A DNA stretch of 64,000 nucleotides from Patescibacteria group bacterium (GCA_038206475.1 JBBRAU010000001.1:141732-205731), one strand, 5' to 3'. Positions 1-11,178 are shown, numbered from the stretch's first letter. Notes: generated by a model from the letters alone, not told the origin. Translations and numbers: made by a program.

Positions 1-150
1 ATCAAAGTCTTTGGAATGGTCGTGCATGAGAATGGGACCGCCGATGTCGCCGGGTTGGGGCCGATCATCAGCGAACAACTGACGGTTTTGCAGCAGTAGT
101 GGCGACAGAGCGGCGGCTTGCAGCAGGCGGCGGCGGGTAATGGTAGGCAT
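1..150 (-). CDS. Partial CDS (5' end only) with a twin-arginine-like signal peptide
   Basis: ATG at 150 on minus reads MPTITRRRLLQAAALSPLLLQNRQLFADD... and stays open to the window edge. A + frame is also open to a TAG at 97-99, so the strand call is uncertain. Confidence 0.4.
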   Translation of the reverse strand, partial: MPTITRRRLLQAAALSPLLLQNRQLFADDRPQPGDIGGPILMHDHSKDFD

Positions 151-272
151 GAGGATCCCCTAGATTGTTCAGGTCGGCCACGCAGAGCGCAGTGGTGGCA
201 ACAGATAGCTTCAGTACAGCAGAAAGCCGCCTGGCCTGAAAGAAAGCCTACCAGTCTGATATGCTCCGCACC

Positions 273-1147
273 ATGAGTAGGCTTGAGGCAGTATTGTCGA
301 AGCTACTGGCTTGGTACGCGGAAAACCGGCGCGATTTGCCGTGGCGCGAGACGAGTGATCCATACGCTATTTTGATCTCTGAGGTTATGTTGCAACAAAC
401 GCAGGTAGAGCGCGTGCTGCCAAAATATAGAGCTTGGCTTCGGTGCTGGCCGACATTGACTGATTTGGCGGCTGCGAGCACGGCTGATATATTGATTGCC
501 TGGCAGGGCCTTGGCTACAACCGGCGGGCGCTTAATCTGAAGCGTTTAGCTGAGACGGCCGTCGCCGAATATGGCGGCAGTTTGCCAACTGAAGTGACTG
601 CGCTCGAAGCTTTACCCGGCATTGGCGCCTATACGGCACGAGCCGTCGCAATATTTAGCCGTGCCGCGCCCGAGCTGGCCCTTGACACCAATGTTCGTCG
701 TATGCTTTGGCGGCTATTCTTTGGCCGCGATGATGTGGTACCGCCAAGTGATCAACAGATCGCCGAGAAAGTACTGCCGGCGGTACAGATGCTCAGGAGC
801 GATATACTGCACCAGACGATGATGGATTTCGGCTCGGCGGTTTGTCTGCAGCGACAACCGCGCTGCACGAGCTGCCCACTAGTGGCAGATGCCGAGCCGG
901 CCAGAGTTTTATCAAGACACCGCCAAACTGGCCAAAGCGAGGGCCCCCGCCGTTTCGCCAGAGCAACCGTTTTGTGCGCGGTCGGATTATTGATGTGCTG
1001 CGTCAGCATAGGCAGACAACGGCGGCGCTGACGGCGGCGCTGCAGGCGCAGGAGGTAAGCAGAAAGCGGCTGTTCCGGGCATTGATTGAGCTTAAGCGTG
1101 AAGGATTGGTTGTGCAGCAAAAGCAGACATGGCGACTTCCAGAATAA
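273..1147 (+). pseudogene. mutY: A/G-specific adenine glycosylase MutY, split by a 1-nt frameshift near 880 (real or assembly error)
   Basis: WY..NRRDLPWR, ILISEVMLQQTQV, HhH LPGIGAYTA, LDTNVRR. The Fe-S motif C-x6-C-x2-C-x5-C is completed only by switching into ORF 842..1147 (SGRC...FRQSNRFVRGRIIDVLR). Confidence 0.85.
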
Positions 1148-1235
1148 TTCCTGCGCGGCGACCAGATTCTTCTTTGTATATGAGCATAAATATGGTAGAT
1201 TTACACGTGAAGCAATGATGAGGCGAAAGGATGCT

Positions 1236-1721
1236 ATGTTGGAGGTCGGACAGAAAGCCCCCGGTTTTTGCCTTGATAGTTCAGACGGCACAGCTGTCTG
1301 TTTGTCTGACCTCGCTGGGCGAACTGCAGTGCTCTACTTCTATCCAAAAGATGATACGCCCGGTTGCACCACTGAGGCCTGCGCTTTTCGCGATGTCTCG
1401 GATGAGTTCACAAAGCGCGGCGCCGTTATCTACGGCGTTTCGCCGGACAGTGTTGCCTCACACGAGCGTTTCCGCGACAAATTCCAGCTACCATTTCCGC
1501 TACTCTCTGACCCAGGCAAAGCGATGCTCTCGGCTTACGGTGCCTGGCAGGAAAAGTCGATGTACGGTAGAAAATATATGGGCGTTGCACGGACAACCTA
1601 TATCATAGGTTCAGACGGCACGATTGTTGCCCTCTTTCCGAATGTCAAACCGGCAGACCACACGAAAGAGCTGCTCGGTTGGCTCGATGAATACCAAAGC
1701 AATGCAGAAAGGACAATCTAA
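1236..1721 (+). CDS. bcp: Thioredoxin-dependent peroxiredoxin Bcp/PrxQ
   Basis: LYFYPKDDTPGCTTEACAFRD motif; ATG at 1236 follows AAAGGA. Confidence 0.95.
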   Translation: MLEVGQKAPGFCLDSSDGTAVCLSDLAGRTAVLYFYPKDDTPGCTTEACAFRDVSDEFTKRGAVIYGVSPDSVASHERFRDKFQLPFPLLSDPGKAMLSAYGAWQEKSMYGRKYMGVARTTYIIGSDGTIVALFPNVKPADHTKELLGWLDEYQSNAERTI

Positions 1722-1723
1722 TT

Positions 1724-3538
1724 ATGCGCGGTGGACGAACTCTTCTACTGTTTGTGGCGTTGTTTTTCCTCTTTCTCAGCATCTCGGCCTATGTCACCTC
1801 AAACCGCAGCAAACTAAAGGACGCTTCAATCAGTGACATTGCCAGCCTAACCAAGGCCGGCAAGGTTGACTCAATTCAAAATACCGATAATGAACTGCTG
1901 GTTCAGTTGAAAGACGGTAGCGCCTTGCACTCAACAATTGAGCCTAACGCCAACTTGGCTGATTATGGCATTACACCAGACAAGGTTAATATCTCGGCTA
2001 AAATTAGTCGCGAGAACCCTTATTTGTCCATTTTCTTTAATTCGCTGTTGCCGGTACTTTTGATTGGCGGCATATTGTGGTGGTCCTTTCGCCAGGCTCA
2101 GGGTTCAAATAATCGAGCAATGAGCTTTGGCTCGACCCGGGCCAAGCCTCTGGAAAACGTCGGCTCAGTCACTTTTGACAGCGTGGCCGGTCTGGTTGAG
2201 GCTAAGCAGGAGCTGCAAGAAGTCGTTGAATTTTTAAAGAATCCCGAAAAGTTTCAGAAGCTCGGCGGTGAGATTCCGAAGGGCGTACTCTTAGTCGGCC
2301 CACCGGGGACTGGTAAAACGCTCTTGGCCAAAGCTGTCGCCGGTGAAGCTGGCGCGCCGTTTTTCTCTATCTCCGCTTCGGAATTTGTTGAGATGTTCGT
2401 TGGTGTTGGTGCCAGCCGCGTGCGCGATCTGTTCATGAAGGCAAAGCGCCACAGTCCAGCTATTATTTTCATTGATGAGCTTGATGCTATTGGTCGCCAG
2501 CGCGGTACGGGTCTTGGCGGTGGCCATGATGAGCGCGAGCAAACGCTCAACCAAATTTTGGTCGAGATGGATGGCTTTGAGACCCAGGAGAATGTCATTG
2601 TTGTGGCGGCAACCAACCGACCTGACGTGTTGGACCCGGCTTTGTTGCGCCCTGGCCGTTTTGACCGCCAAGTGCAGGTTGATCTGCCGGACCGGCGTGA
2701 TCGCATCGCTATTCTCAAGGTGCACACCAAAAATAAGCCGCTGGCAGAAGGCATTGACCTGGAGTCAATTGCCCGCCAAACGGCCGGCTTCTCAGGGGCT
2801 GATTTACGTAACGTGGCTAATGAAGCGGCTATTTTTGCCGCCCGCAAAGATCAAAAAGAAATTACGCAGCACGATTTTAATCAGGCCGTTGAGAAAGAGA
2901 TGATGGGGCCTGAACGCCGTAGCCGGGTACTGTCGCAGAAAGAGAAAGAGATCACTGCCTACCATGAGGTTGGTCACGCGCTGGTTGGCCGGGTGCTGCC
3001 GAATAATGATCCGCTGCACAAAGTGACGATTGTCTCGCGCGGTCGAGCACTGGGTTTCACCTGGTCGTTGCCGACAGAGGATATCCACCTGTACGACCGC
3101 AGCCGCTTCCTGGACCAACTGGCCCAGATGCTCGGCGGTCGAGCAGCGGAGGAGATCGTTTACGGCGAAATTACGACTGGTGCTGAAGATGACTTGCGGC
3201 GGGCAACCAAGCTGGCCCGGCGTATGGTAACGGAGTTCGGCATGTCAGACAAACTCGGCCCGATTGCCTACGGCGAGCGCGAGGATACGGTCTTCCTTGG
3301 CCGCGACTTTTCGTCGCAACCAAACTACTCCGATAAAATCGCTGAGGAAATTGACAGTGAAGTACGTCGCATTATGACCGGCGCCTACCACCGGGCCAAA
3401 ATGGTGGTCTCCGAGTACCGCGATCTATTAAACCGTATCACGACGGACTTGCTGCGCGAAGAAACGCTGGAAGGCCCGGCCTTGGAAGCGTATTTTGAGG
3501 GTATGACCTTCAAACCCGTTAGCGCTCCGGCGAACTAG
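1724..3538 (+). CDS. ftsH: ATP-dependent zinc metalloprotease FtsH
   Basis: Two TM segments, Walker A GPPGTGKT, Walker B IIFIDE, SRH RPGRFDR, HEVGH zinc motif. Confidence 0.99.
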   Translation: MRGGRTLLLFVALFFLFLSISAYVTSNRSKLKDASISDIASLTKAGKVDSIQNTDNELLVQLKDGSALHSTIEPNANLADYGITPDKVNISAKISRENPYLSIFFNSLLPVLLIGGILWWSFRQAQGSNNRAMSFGSTRAKPLENVGSVTFDSVAGLVEAKQELQEVVEFLKNPEKFQKLGGEIPKGVLLVGPPGTGKTLLAKAVAGEAGAPFFSISASEFVEMFVGVGASRVRDLFMKAKRHSPAIIFIDELDAIGRQRGTGLGGGHDEREQTLNQILVEMDGFETQENVIVVAATNRPDVLDPALLRPGRFDRQVQVDLPDRRDRIAILKVHTKNKPLAEGIDLESIARQTAGFSGADLRNVANEAAIFAARKDQKEITQHDFNQAVEKEMMGPERRSRVLSQKEKEITAYHEVGHALVGRVLPNNDPLHKVTIVSRGRALGFTWSLPTEDIHLYDRSRFLDQLAQMLGGRAAEEIVYGEITTGAEDDLRRATKLARRMVTEFGMSDKLGPIAYGEREDTVFLGRDFSSQPNYSDKIAEEIDSEVRRIMTGAYHRAKMVVSEYRDLLNRITTDLLREETLEGPALEAYFEGMTFKPVSAPAN

Positions 3539-3543
3539 CATTA

Positions 3544-5169
3544 ATGACTGAGGCAAAGCAGGGCTGGTTAACCAGTCAGAATACTCGCCGCCGCGCCGCT
3601 TTTGTTGTGGCTTTGGCTTTGGTAGGCTCCAATTTGTTGGGATTTGTCCGCAACATTTTGTTGGCTCGCCAGGTGCCATTTGCCGTGCTCGACTCCTACT
3701 ATGCTGCGTTCCGTTGGCCAGACCTCTTGTTTAACGTCATCGTACTGGGTGCTGTCGCGACCGTTTTTCAACCGATTTTCGCTGAGCTCAAGCAAAAAGA
3801 TGGCCAAGCCGCAGCCTATCGCTTTACGCGGGCACTTTTAACCTGGTTGTCGATTGGGTTGCTGGCGGCTATGGCGATTTTGTTTATGCTAATGCCCTGG
3901 TTGATGCGGGTCACTCTGCCATACTCGGGAGCATCAAGCCAAGTGCTGGCGGTCCAGTTTGGCCGCATTTTGCTGCTGTCGCCGCTCATTTTTGGCTTGG
4001 CCAACATTGTCGGTGCAGTACTCAATATGGAGCAGCGTTTTGTCGCTTACGCCTTAGCACCGATCGTCTACAATATCGCTATTATTGTCGGCGCGCTCAG
4101 TTATGGCCGGTGGGGAAACACCGGTCTGGTCGTTTCGGTTATAGTTGGTGCCCTCTGTCATCTTGGTATCCAACTGCTTGGCGCCGGTGGCTTGCCTCGT
4201 TTGCTCAAACCAAACTGGCAGTGGGCAGACGCTGAAAGTCGGCGGATTGTTGGCTTGGCCTTGCCGCGAATGCTCGGTCTGGGCTTGAACCAAATCCTCT
4301 TAATTGTCTTTACGGCGCTCGGCTCGCTAATCGGGCCAAAGTCCATCGCGATTTTTAATCTGACCAACGATTTTCAAACCACGCCAACCGTCGTGGTCGG
4401 TAACACCTTGGCCGTCATTATCTTTCCGGGCCTGACTTTGGCTTATGCTGCTCACCAGAAAGAGCAGTTTCGCTCGCTAGTCGTGCGTTCGCTAGAGCTG
4501 TTGCTGTTTCTGCTGGTGCCGGCGGCGACCGCCATGTATGTTATGCGCGCGCAACTGACGCGACTGTACTTAGCGCTTGGTAAGTCCTTAACGTGGACCG
4601 ATACAGTCCATGCCATTCAGGCGCTCGGCACCTTCTCGATCGGGGTTATTTTTGCCGGCATTGTCGTGGTGCTGTCCCGCGTACTTTATGCCCAACACGA
4701 GACGCGGCGGCCAATGACCTACACTGGCATCAGCGCTTTAATTAGTATGGCTGCGGCGTGGCTGTTTGTCGTGCCGCTGCACTGGAACGTGGCGGGCCTG
4801 GCGTTGGCCTATTCCTTGGGTCAATTTATTAATGCCGTACTGCTGTGGCTGGATATTCGCCGTCACAGTTTGCCGCCGGCGGCAGAGCGCCGCCTGCTTT
4901 CCTCAGCGCTGCCGCGCACTATTGGCACCTCGGTGGTGATGGGATTAGCCATTTGGGCCAGTTTGCGCCTGGGGGCATTGGTGTTTGGCACTGACACGGT
5001 GCTGGGACTGGCGCTGCAAACGTTTGTTGCTGTCCTGATTGGGACTGGTGTCTTTCTGCTCGCGGCGGTATTGCTGGGCAGCTCTGAACTGTCTTGGCTA
5101 TTTGAGGAGCGGGCGCAGGTCATGGTTTCGCGACCGAAAGAGCTGCCTTCACCAGAAGCAGGGATATGA
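3544..5169 (+). CDS. murJ: Lipid II flippase MurJ (MviN)
   Basis: LLGFVRNILLA...LDSYYAAFRWPDLLFN N-terminal signature; many TM segments. Confidence 0.93.
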   Translation: MTEAKQGWLTSQNTRRRAAFVVALALVGSNLLGFVRNILLARQVPFAVLDSYYAAFRWPDLLFNVIVLGAVATVFQPIFAELKQKDGQAAAYRFTRALLTWLSIGLLAAMAILFMLMPWLMRVTLPYSGASSQVLAVQFGRILLLSPLIFGLANIVGAVLNMEQRFVAYALAPIVYNIAIIVGALSYGRWGNTGLVVSVIVGALCHLGIQLLGAGGLPRLLKPNWQWADAESRRIVGLALPRMLGLGLNQILLIVFTALGSLIGPKSIAIFNLTNDFQTTPTVVVGNTLAVIIFPGLTLAYAAHQKEQFRSLVVRSLELLLFLLVPAATAMYVMRAQLTRLYLALGKSLTWTDTVHAIQALGTFSIGVIFAGIVVVLSRVLYAQHETRRPMTYTGISALISMAAAWLFVVPLHWNVAGLALAYSLGQFINAVLLWLDIRRHSLPPAAERRLLSSALPRTIGTSVVMGLAIWASLRLGALVFGTDTVLGLALQTFVAVLIGTGVFLLAAVLLGSSELSWLFEERAQVMVSRPKELPSPEAGI

Positions 5170-7901
5170 AACGGCCACTTCTCTTACTTATTGATTGTCA
5201 CGCGTTGCTGCACCGTGCTTTTCATGCCGTGCCGCCAAGCCTAAAGACCAAAAACGGCGAGCCGACCAACGCCGTTTTTGGTTTTACTTCATCGCTATTG
5301 TCGGCCATTGAAACGCTGCAGCCGACCTATATTATTGCTGCCTTTGATCCACCCGGGAAAACCTTCCGCCATGATGTTTATGCAGATTACAAAGCAACAC
5401 GGGCCAAAACGCCGGACGACTTGCGCAGCCAACTGATACTGGCGCGCGAAGTGATTGACGCACTCGGCATTCCGCGCTACGAGACGGCTGGTTTTGAAGC
5501 CGATGACGTTATCGGCACTGTCATTCACCAACTGGCTGATCAGGATGTCGAGGTTATTATTGCCACGGGCGATAAAGACGCCTTGCAGCTCTTGGCTCCG
5601 CATGTGCGCGTTTGGACGCTGCGCCAGGGGATTAAAGACACCATCTTGTACGACCTCCATATGCTGAAAGACGAGCGCAGCCTAACGCCGGCCGGCTTTA
5701 GGATGGCCAAAGCACTGCGCGGCGATCCGTCGGACAACATTCCCGGCGTGGCCGGGGTGGGTGAGAAATCAGCCAATATTGTTGCTGCCCACTTTGAGAC
5801 GCCGAAAGCGCTGGCGGCAGCCTTGGCAAACCAGTCTGAAGCTGAGCTCAAAGCGCTTGGGCTGTCGTCCGGACTGCAGACTAAGTTGCGGGAAGCCGGC
5901 TCGGTTATCGATGAGAGCTACTACTTGGTAACCATCCGCACAGACGCCCCGATTGTTGTTGAGCTGGCCAAATCCGCTTTCCAGCCGAAAGTGACGTCTG
6001 AGGTTGAGACGCTCTTTCAGGATCTCGAGTTCAGCACGCTAATGAAACGGCTGCGCGCACTTGCGCCTGAGACGGCTGATGCTGCTGCACATCGTCACAA
6101 ACTGCCACGTCAGTATGAGCTGGTCAGCGAAAAAGCCTGGCCGGCCTTAAAGCAGGCACTTGCCAGCGTGAAATTGCTAGCGGTTGATACCGAAACTGAC
6201 GCGCTTGATCCGCTGCACCAGCAGCTGGTCGGCTGCTCTCTGTCCTGGCGGGCCGGCCACGGCTACTATCTGCCATTTGGCCATGATGAGGGCGACAACC
6301 TGCCCCCAGTGATACTGACTGAGCTTGTCCTGCTGCTCAATCGGCCAGATGTGGTCAAAATTGGCCATAATATTAAGTTTGACCTTCACACCTTTGCTAA
6401 CGCCAGCTGTCCGCTGAAGCCGGCCTACTTCGACACTATGATCGCTGCTCATCTGCTCTGGCCAGACAAAGCCAACCGATCGCTCGATGAGTGCTCGTTT
6501 GTTGAGTTTGGCGAGGAGCTGCAGCCGATCAGTAGTTTAATAGGCCGCAGCGCCGGCCGTAGTACGATGGCCGAAGCGCCAATTTCAGAGGTGGCGCCGT
6601 ACGCCGCCGAAGATGCCGATTTTACCTTTCGTCTCTACGAGCGTTTCAGTCAGGGCTTACAAGAGCAAAAACTCTGGACGATGATGACCGAGCAAGAGAT
6701 GCCGGTGCTAGCTACCTTATTTGCCATGGAGCGGCGAGGCATTTGCGTAGACAAAGCGGTGCTCAATCAGCAAGCAAAAAAGCTGATGGTTGAACAGGAG
6801 GCGGTGGCTGCAGACATTCGGGCTGAGCTGGGCGAAGATCTAAACGTTAATTCGGCTGACCAGTTGGCGGCTGCGCTTTTCCAGAAATTAGAGTTACCGG
6901 ACGCGGGGTTGCGGCGCAAGGGCAAGAGAGCGTCAACTGCGGCCGCCGAGTTAGAAAAAATTCGCCATCTGCACCCGGTCGTGCCGTTCATCTTAGCCTA
7001 CCGCGAAAAGGCGAAATTGGTTTCGACCTATCTTTTGAGTCTGCCGGAGCTGATTGACGAGCGTGATGGCCGCTTGCACACCACCTACAGTCAAACGACA
7101 GCCTCGACCGGCCGTCTGGCCTCACTGAAGCCAAATTTGCAGAACATCCCGATTCGGACTGAGGCCGGCCGGGCGATTCGCACCGCCTTTGTGGCCGCTC
7201 CTGGCAAGCAACTGCTCTCGGCTGACTACTCGCAAATTGAATTGCGAATTGTCGCGCATGCTTCCGCTGACTCGGCTATGATGGCGGTTTTTCAAGAGGG
7301 CCGTGATCTGCACACCGCCACTGCCGCCGAAATTTTTGCCACTGACCTAGCTAAAGTGACGCCTGAGCAGCGGCGCATCGCCAAAGCGATTAACTTTTCA
7401 CTGATGTTTGGTATTTCAGCCTTCGGCTTGTCTGAGTACATCGGCCGGCCGCCGGCTGAAGCTGCCCAGTTTATTGACCGTTATTTTACGGTCTACGCTG
7501 GTGTCAAAAAATATATGGAGCAGATTATCGCTCAGGCTAAAGAGCGCGGCTACGCCGAAACGCTCGGCGGTTACCGACTACCAATTCCTGACTTGCAAAG
7601 CGCCCACGGCATTCGCCGAGCGGCCGCCGAGCGTCTAGCCTTGAATGTACCGATTCAAGGCACCGAGGCGGAGATATTAAAGCGGGCGATGATCGCTCTG
7701 GCGGATCTGTCGGCGACTGAGCTGTTGTTGACAGTGCATGATGAGCTCGTCTTCGAGGTGGACCTGGCAAAGCTCCCCGTAGTGGTGCCGCAGATTCGGC
7801 AGGCGATGGAGCAGACGACTCAGCTGTCGGTACCAATTGTGGCGGAGTTCAAAGTCGGCCATGATTGGGGCGACATGACCCCTTATCAAGAAAAAATGTA
7901 A
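5166..7901 (+). CDS. polA: DNA polymerase I
   Basis: 5'-3' exonuclease (RAFHA, EADD, GDPSDNIPG), 3'-5' exonuclease DTET, polymerase motifs ADYSQIELR, KAINF, VHDEL. Confidence 0.99.
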   Translation: MKRPLLLLIDCHALLHRAFHAVPPSLKTKNGEPTNAVFGFTSSLLSAIETLQPTYIIAAFDPPGKTFRHDVYADYKATRAKTPDDLRSQLILAREVIDALGIPRYETAGFEADDVIGTVIHQLADQDVEVIIATGDKDALQLLAPHVRVWTLRQGIKDTILYDLHMLKDERSLTPAGFRMAKALRGDPSDNIPGVAGVGEKSANIVAAHFETPKALAAALANQSEAELKALGLSSGLQTKLREAGSVIDESYYLVTIRTDAPIVVELAKSAFQPKVTSEVETLFQDLEFSTLMKRLRALAPETADAAAHRHKLPRQYELVSEKAWPALKQALASVKLLAVDTETDALDPLHQQLVGCSLSWRAGHGYYLPFGHDEGDNLPPVILTELVLLLNRPDVVKIGHNIKFDLHTFANASCPLKPAYFDTMIAAHLLWPDKANRSLDECSFVEFGEELQPISSLIGRSAGRSTMAEAPISEVAPYAAEDADFTFRLYERFSQGLQEQKLWTMMTEQEMPVLATLFAMERRGICVDKAVLNQQAKKLMVEQEAVAADIRAELGEDLNVNSADQLAAALFQKLELPDAGLRRKGKRASTAAAELEKIRHLHPVVPFILAYREKAKLVSTYLLSLPELIDERDGRLHTTYSQTTASTGRLASLKPNLQNIPIRTEAGRAIRTAFVAAPGKQLLSADYSQIELRIVAHASADSAMMAVFQEGRDLHTATAAEIFATDLAKVTPEQRRIAKAINFSLMFGISAFGLSEYIGRPPAEAAQFIDRYFTVYAGVKKYMEQIIAQAKERGYAETLGGYRLPIPDLQSAHGIRRAAAERLALNVPIQGTEAEILKRAMIALADLSATELLLTVHDELVFEVDLAKLPVVVPQIRQAMEQTTQLSVPIVAEFKVGHDWGDMTPYQEKM

Positions 7902-7903
7902 TC

Positions 7904-8815
7904 GTGGCGCTGAGAGTGCTACTCACCGGTGAGGACGCTTTTGCCATTCGTGAGCGGGCCGATTTTTATCTGGCTGCCTTCAAGCACAAGGTACCAGAAG
8001 GCAGCATTCGCCGTTTTGATGCCGAAGCGGTCTGGTCTACCGTTGAGGCGGCGTTGCTTTCGCAGTCGCTGTTTGCGGAAAAACAGATGATAGTGCTCGG
8101 TGAGTATCTAAAAACGCTCTCAGCCAAAGAGCAGAAGCAGTTTGCCGGGACTTTGGCCGCATTACCAGAGGAGACGTCGCTGCTGCTGCTTGAGCCTCGA
8201 GTCGGCCGGGCGAAACCAGTTGTCATGCCGGCGCGGCTGATCACTACAGAGCAGTTTGCCAAGCCAACGCCCTTGGGTCGGCAACAGTGGCTTAGGGCTG
8301 AACTCAAGGCACGCCATCTCAATTTGCCGCAGCTCGCGCCGCAGCTTTCAAAGTTAGCCGTGGAGGATCCATGGCTCGTTCGGGCAGAACTGGATAAACT
8401 GGAGATGGCTAGCCGCGCCGGCGCTAATGTGCTGGACATTGTTTCGCTGCCGCAAACCGAGAAGGTGTTTGCTATCACCCAAGCTATTGAGCGCGGTGAC
8501 GCCAAGGCGGTCAGCGCCGTGCTGACCCGATTAGAGCGGAGCACGGCAGCGCCAATCGAAGCGCTTGGCTACTTAGCTAGCTGGAGCCGCCAAGCCCTGC
8601 TGGTCAAGCAGGAGAGTAACCCAGTTGGGCTGACCATGCCGCCATTTGCCGTCGCCAAACTGAGGCAGTTTGTCAGTCGTCTGCCGAGCGCGGTAATTAC
8701 TCGTCAATTTCAAGCCGTCGTTGTTTTGGATGAACGTTTGAAGCGGGGAGAGTGGGAAGGCTGGCCATCACTAACTAGCTGGTGTCTGGCCTGGATAACA
8801 AAAATAACTGCGTAG
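7904..8815 (+). CDS. holA: DNA polymerase III delta subunit
   Basis: LLTGED N-terminus, SQSLFAEK, ELDKL, D.RLKRG C-terminus; follows polA. GTG start is assumed. Confidence 0.8.
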   Translation: MALRVLLTGEDAFAIRERADFYLAAFKHKVPEGSIRRFDAEAVWSTVEAALLSQSLFAEKQMIVLGEYLKTLSAKEQKQFAGTLAALPEETSLLLLEPRVGRAKPVVMPARLITTEQFAKPTPLGRQQWLRAELKARHLNLPQLAPQLSKLAVEDPWLVRAELDKLEMASRAGANVLDIVSLPQTEKVFAITQAIERGDAKAVSAVLTRLERSTAAPIEALGYLASWSRQALLVKQESNPVGLTMPPFAVAKLRQFVSRLPSAVITRQFQAVVVLDERLKRGEWEGWPSLTSWCLAWITKITA

Positions 8816-8829
8816 AGACCAAAGGTAGG

Positions 8830-10317
8830 ATGGGGCAAGAACATGGGCAACCTGGCCAGTCGATCTGGCGCGATCTACACCTGGACACAGCCGGTCTGGT
8901 TTTTGCGTTGGTTGTTTTTGCAGTTTCCGCCGGTCTCTTGCACCTGCACAAACCGGCTGCTTCCGCCGATGACCTAGCTGGCCAGGCCGTCGCCGACGTA
9001 AGCGTCAATCCAACCGCTGACTTTACGATTAACGCCCGTGGCCAGCTGCTCAAAAGCGCGGCCGCAACTGGCGTTCGCGTCCACCGCTACGCCAATCGCG
9101 ATGAGCTGCGCTTTATTTGGATCAATAACCCCGGAGAGCCACTGGCTGCGGCAATCGCCGTTTTCCATTTGCCCAGCGGCGTCGCCAGCAACCTCGCCAA
9201 GCCCGAGTTAATTACACGCGCCGTATATAGTAAGGAGACGAGCGTTGTAGACGCCCAGTCGCTTAGCTTCTCGGCCGAAGGAGTTGACCCGGTTGGCACC
9301 GTCACGGTGGTGATTACACTGCCGCGCGGCAGCATCAAGCTGCCGATGTCTGCCAAGCTGTACGACGAACTAGCGGGGGAGCCGGCGCTGCTGTGGGCGG
9401 ATGTCGGGCTGTTTATTTTAACTATTGGTGTGATGATGCTCATCTGGTTGTCACGTCGTCGAATGGTCGAGTGGCAGGCGCTGCGTCGGGCCGGAGCGGT
9501 GCAAACAACGCCGCCAGCCGCCTTGCCACCCGCCGTAGTCGGCGTCTTTATTCGACAAAAGTTTACCAGCCGAGAGATCATCGCCACGCTGATTGATTTA
9601 GCTGAACGCGGCTACCTGCGTTTTAGTGAGCAGCCGAGCGGCACGACCATTGTGCCGCGCAAGCTTGATCCTGTCGGTCTTTACCCGCATGAACGTGAGG
9701 TGATGCAACTGTTGCAGTCAAGTGACCGGCTGCTCAAAGGGCTGGACCGCGACGTCTTTGAGGCTGAATCCGGCCGCCTAGTCATTGCTATTTACCGGCT
9801 GGTTGAGCGACTCGGCATTTTTGCCCGCAGTCCTCGGTGGACGCACCTGCGCTGGCGGACTGGAGGCGCTTTAATTACCCTCGGTGGTGCCGTCGGGCTG
9901 CTGTTCACCCTCCGGTTGTTCCCGGACCCACCATACATTGCCCTCTTTTGGCTGGCCGTTACGCTGATTGGGATAATTATTTTTCGTCTTGGCAGCGGCT
10001 ATACCGCCTACAGTGAAACTGGCCGCGGCGCCCTGGGCGCATGGCTGGCTTTTGGCCGCTATTTGGCTAGTCCGCAGCCGGCGACCTTAGACGAGGTGTC
10101 GTACGGCAGTTTTGTCCATTTTCTGGCCTATGCTGTGGCGCTCGGTGTCGATGAGGCGTGGCTACAGCGTTTTCGTGACCTGCCGTTTCAGTCACCAGAT
10201 TGGTATACACCGCTCCAGCCAGGTGTTACGGCCGAGCAATTCTACCAAGGCTTGATCCGACCAGCCGCGACTATCGGCGCGGCCATTAGCCAATCGGTAC
10301 TGCCAACCGTTGATTAG
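8830..10317 (+). CDS. DUF2207-family membrane protein
   Basis: PPAVVG...ATLIDLAERGYL and FL.YAVALGV..W...F...PDWY motifs; several TM segments. Confidence 0.75.
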   Translation: MGQEHGQPGQSIWRDLHLDTAGLVFALVVFAVSAGLLHLHKPAASADDLAGQAVADVSVNPTADFTINARGQLLKSAAATGVRVHRYANRDELRFIWINNPGEPLAAAIAVFHLPSGVASNLAKPELITRAVYSKETSVVDAQSLSFSAEGVDPVGTVTVVITLPRGSIKLPMSAKLYDELAGEPALLWADVGLFILTIGVMMLIWLSRRRMVEWQALRRAGAVQTTPPAALPPAVVGVFIRQKFTSREIIATLIDLAERGYLRFSEQPSGTTIVPRKLDPVGLYPHEREVMQLLQSSDRLLKGLDRDVFEAESGRLVIAIYRLVERLGIFARSPRWTHLRWRTGGALITLGGAVGLLFTLRLFPDPPYIALFWLAVTLIGIIIFRLGSGYTAYSETGRGALGAWLAFGRYLASPQPATLDEVSYGSFVHFLAYAVALGVDEAWLQRFRDLPFQSPDWYTPLQPGVTAEQFYQGLIRPAATIGAAISQSVLPTVD

Positions 10318-10359
10318 CAGAGGTCATTTCAGTCAGGGAAGAATTAGGGGCATAATAAA

Positions 10360-11178
10360 ATGAAAAGTCATCAAGGAGGGCGCGTGGGACCACATTCTAG
10401 TATTACGGGTTGGCTTAGAGTCGGTATAGGTGCAGTTGTCGCCCTTATTTTATTTGGCATTGGTTACGGTGCCAGCTACGCTAAACGAGTCAGCCAAACA
10501 GTGACTCCCCTAGCCATGGTTGTCTCACCCTCGGTTTCCCCGACAGCGAGTACGCCGATATCGACACCCTCGGTTTCTCCGACAGCGAGTGCGCCGATAT
10601 CGACTCCTTCGTCTTCAACTCAACGTGTGAGTAACCCTAAAATTGCTGCCGGTGCCAGCCAACCATCGGCTGATGTTTCAGCTTCACCGGTTGCATCAAG
10701 TAGCATCACAACATCTTCTCCAACCGCTTACCAAGACACCGATCTACATTTCTCATTTAGCTATCCCAGCACCTGGAAGGTAAATAAAGATGTCTTTCTG
10801 TTTCTAAGCTGTCTGTATCTAAATAGTCCCGAGAACTTGGCCACAGAGGATGATATGCTGCTAGGAAAATTTGACGCCATGCTTTGCGAAATAGCTAGTC
10901 CTAACCTCGTTGGTGCTGACGATCAGACTCTTCTGAACGATACTTACCGAGGCTTAATTAATGGTGGCACATCATCAGATAGGATCTCGGCAGTCACAAT
11001 TAACGGCTTGTCTGGGTATGCGGTGTCTGGCGTCGTGCCAAGCAACGGAATAAAAGCACTATCGGTGGAACTTGTGCGTAACTATCAATACATGCTGATC
11101 TTCCCGGGCAATGCCACAAACCAAAATGACTTGTCTTCGGCGCAACAGGGCATTTTAAACAGCTTTCGTGCTATCTAA
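10360..11178 (+). CDS. Membrane-anchored protein with Ser/Thr/Pro linker and PsbP-like C-terminal domain
   Basis: N-terminal TM, low-complexity linker, YQD..FSFSYPSTW and ILNSF end; paralog of 35195..36025. Confidence 0.6.
   Translation: MKSHQGGRVGPHSSITGWLRVGIGAVVALILFGIGYGASYAKRVSQTVTPLAMVVSPSVSPTASTPISTPSVSPTASAPISTPSSSTQRVSNPKIAAGASQPSADVSASPVASSSITTSSPTAYQDTDLHFSFSYPSTWKVNKDVFLFLSCLYLNSPENLATEDDMLLGKFDAMLCEIASPNLVGADDQTLLNDTYRGLINGGTSSDRISAVTINGLSGYAVSGVVPSNGIKALSVELVRNYQYMLIFPGNATNQNDLSSAQQGILNSFRAI
10526..10603 (+). repeat. 39-bp in-frame tandem duplication
   Basis: caccctcggtttc(c/t)ccgacagcgagt(a/g)cgccgatatcga twice, encoding PSVSPTAS(T/A)PIST. Confidence 0.9.
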
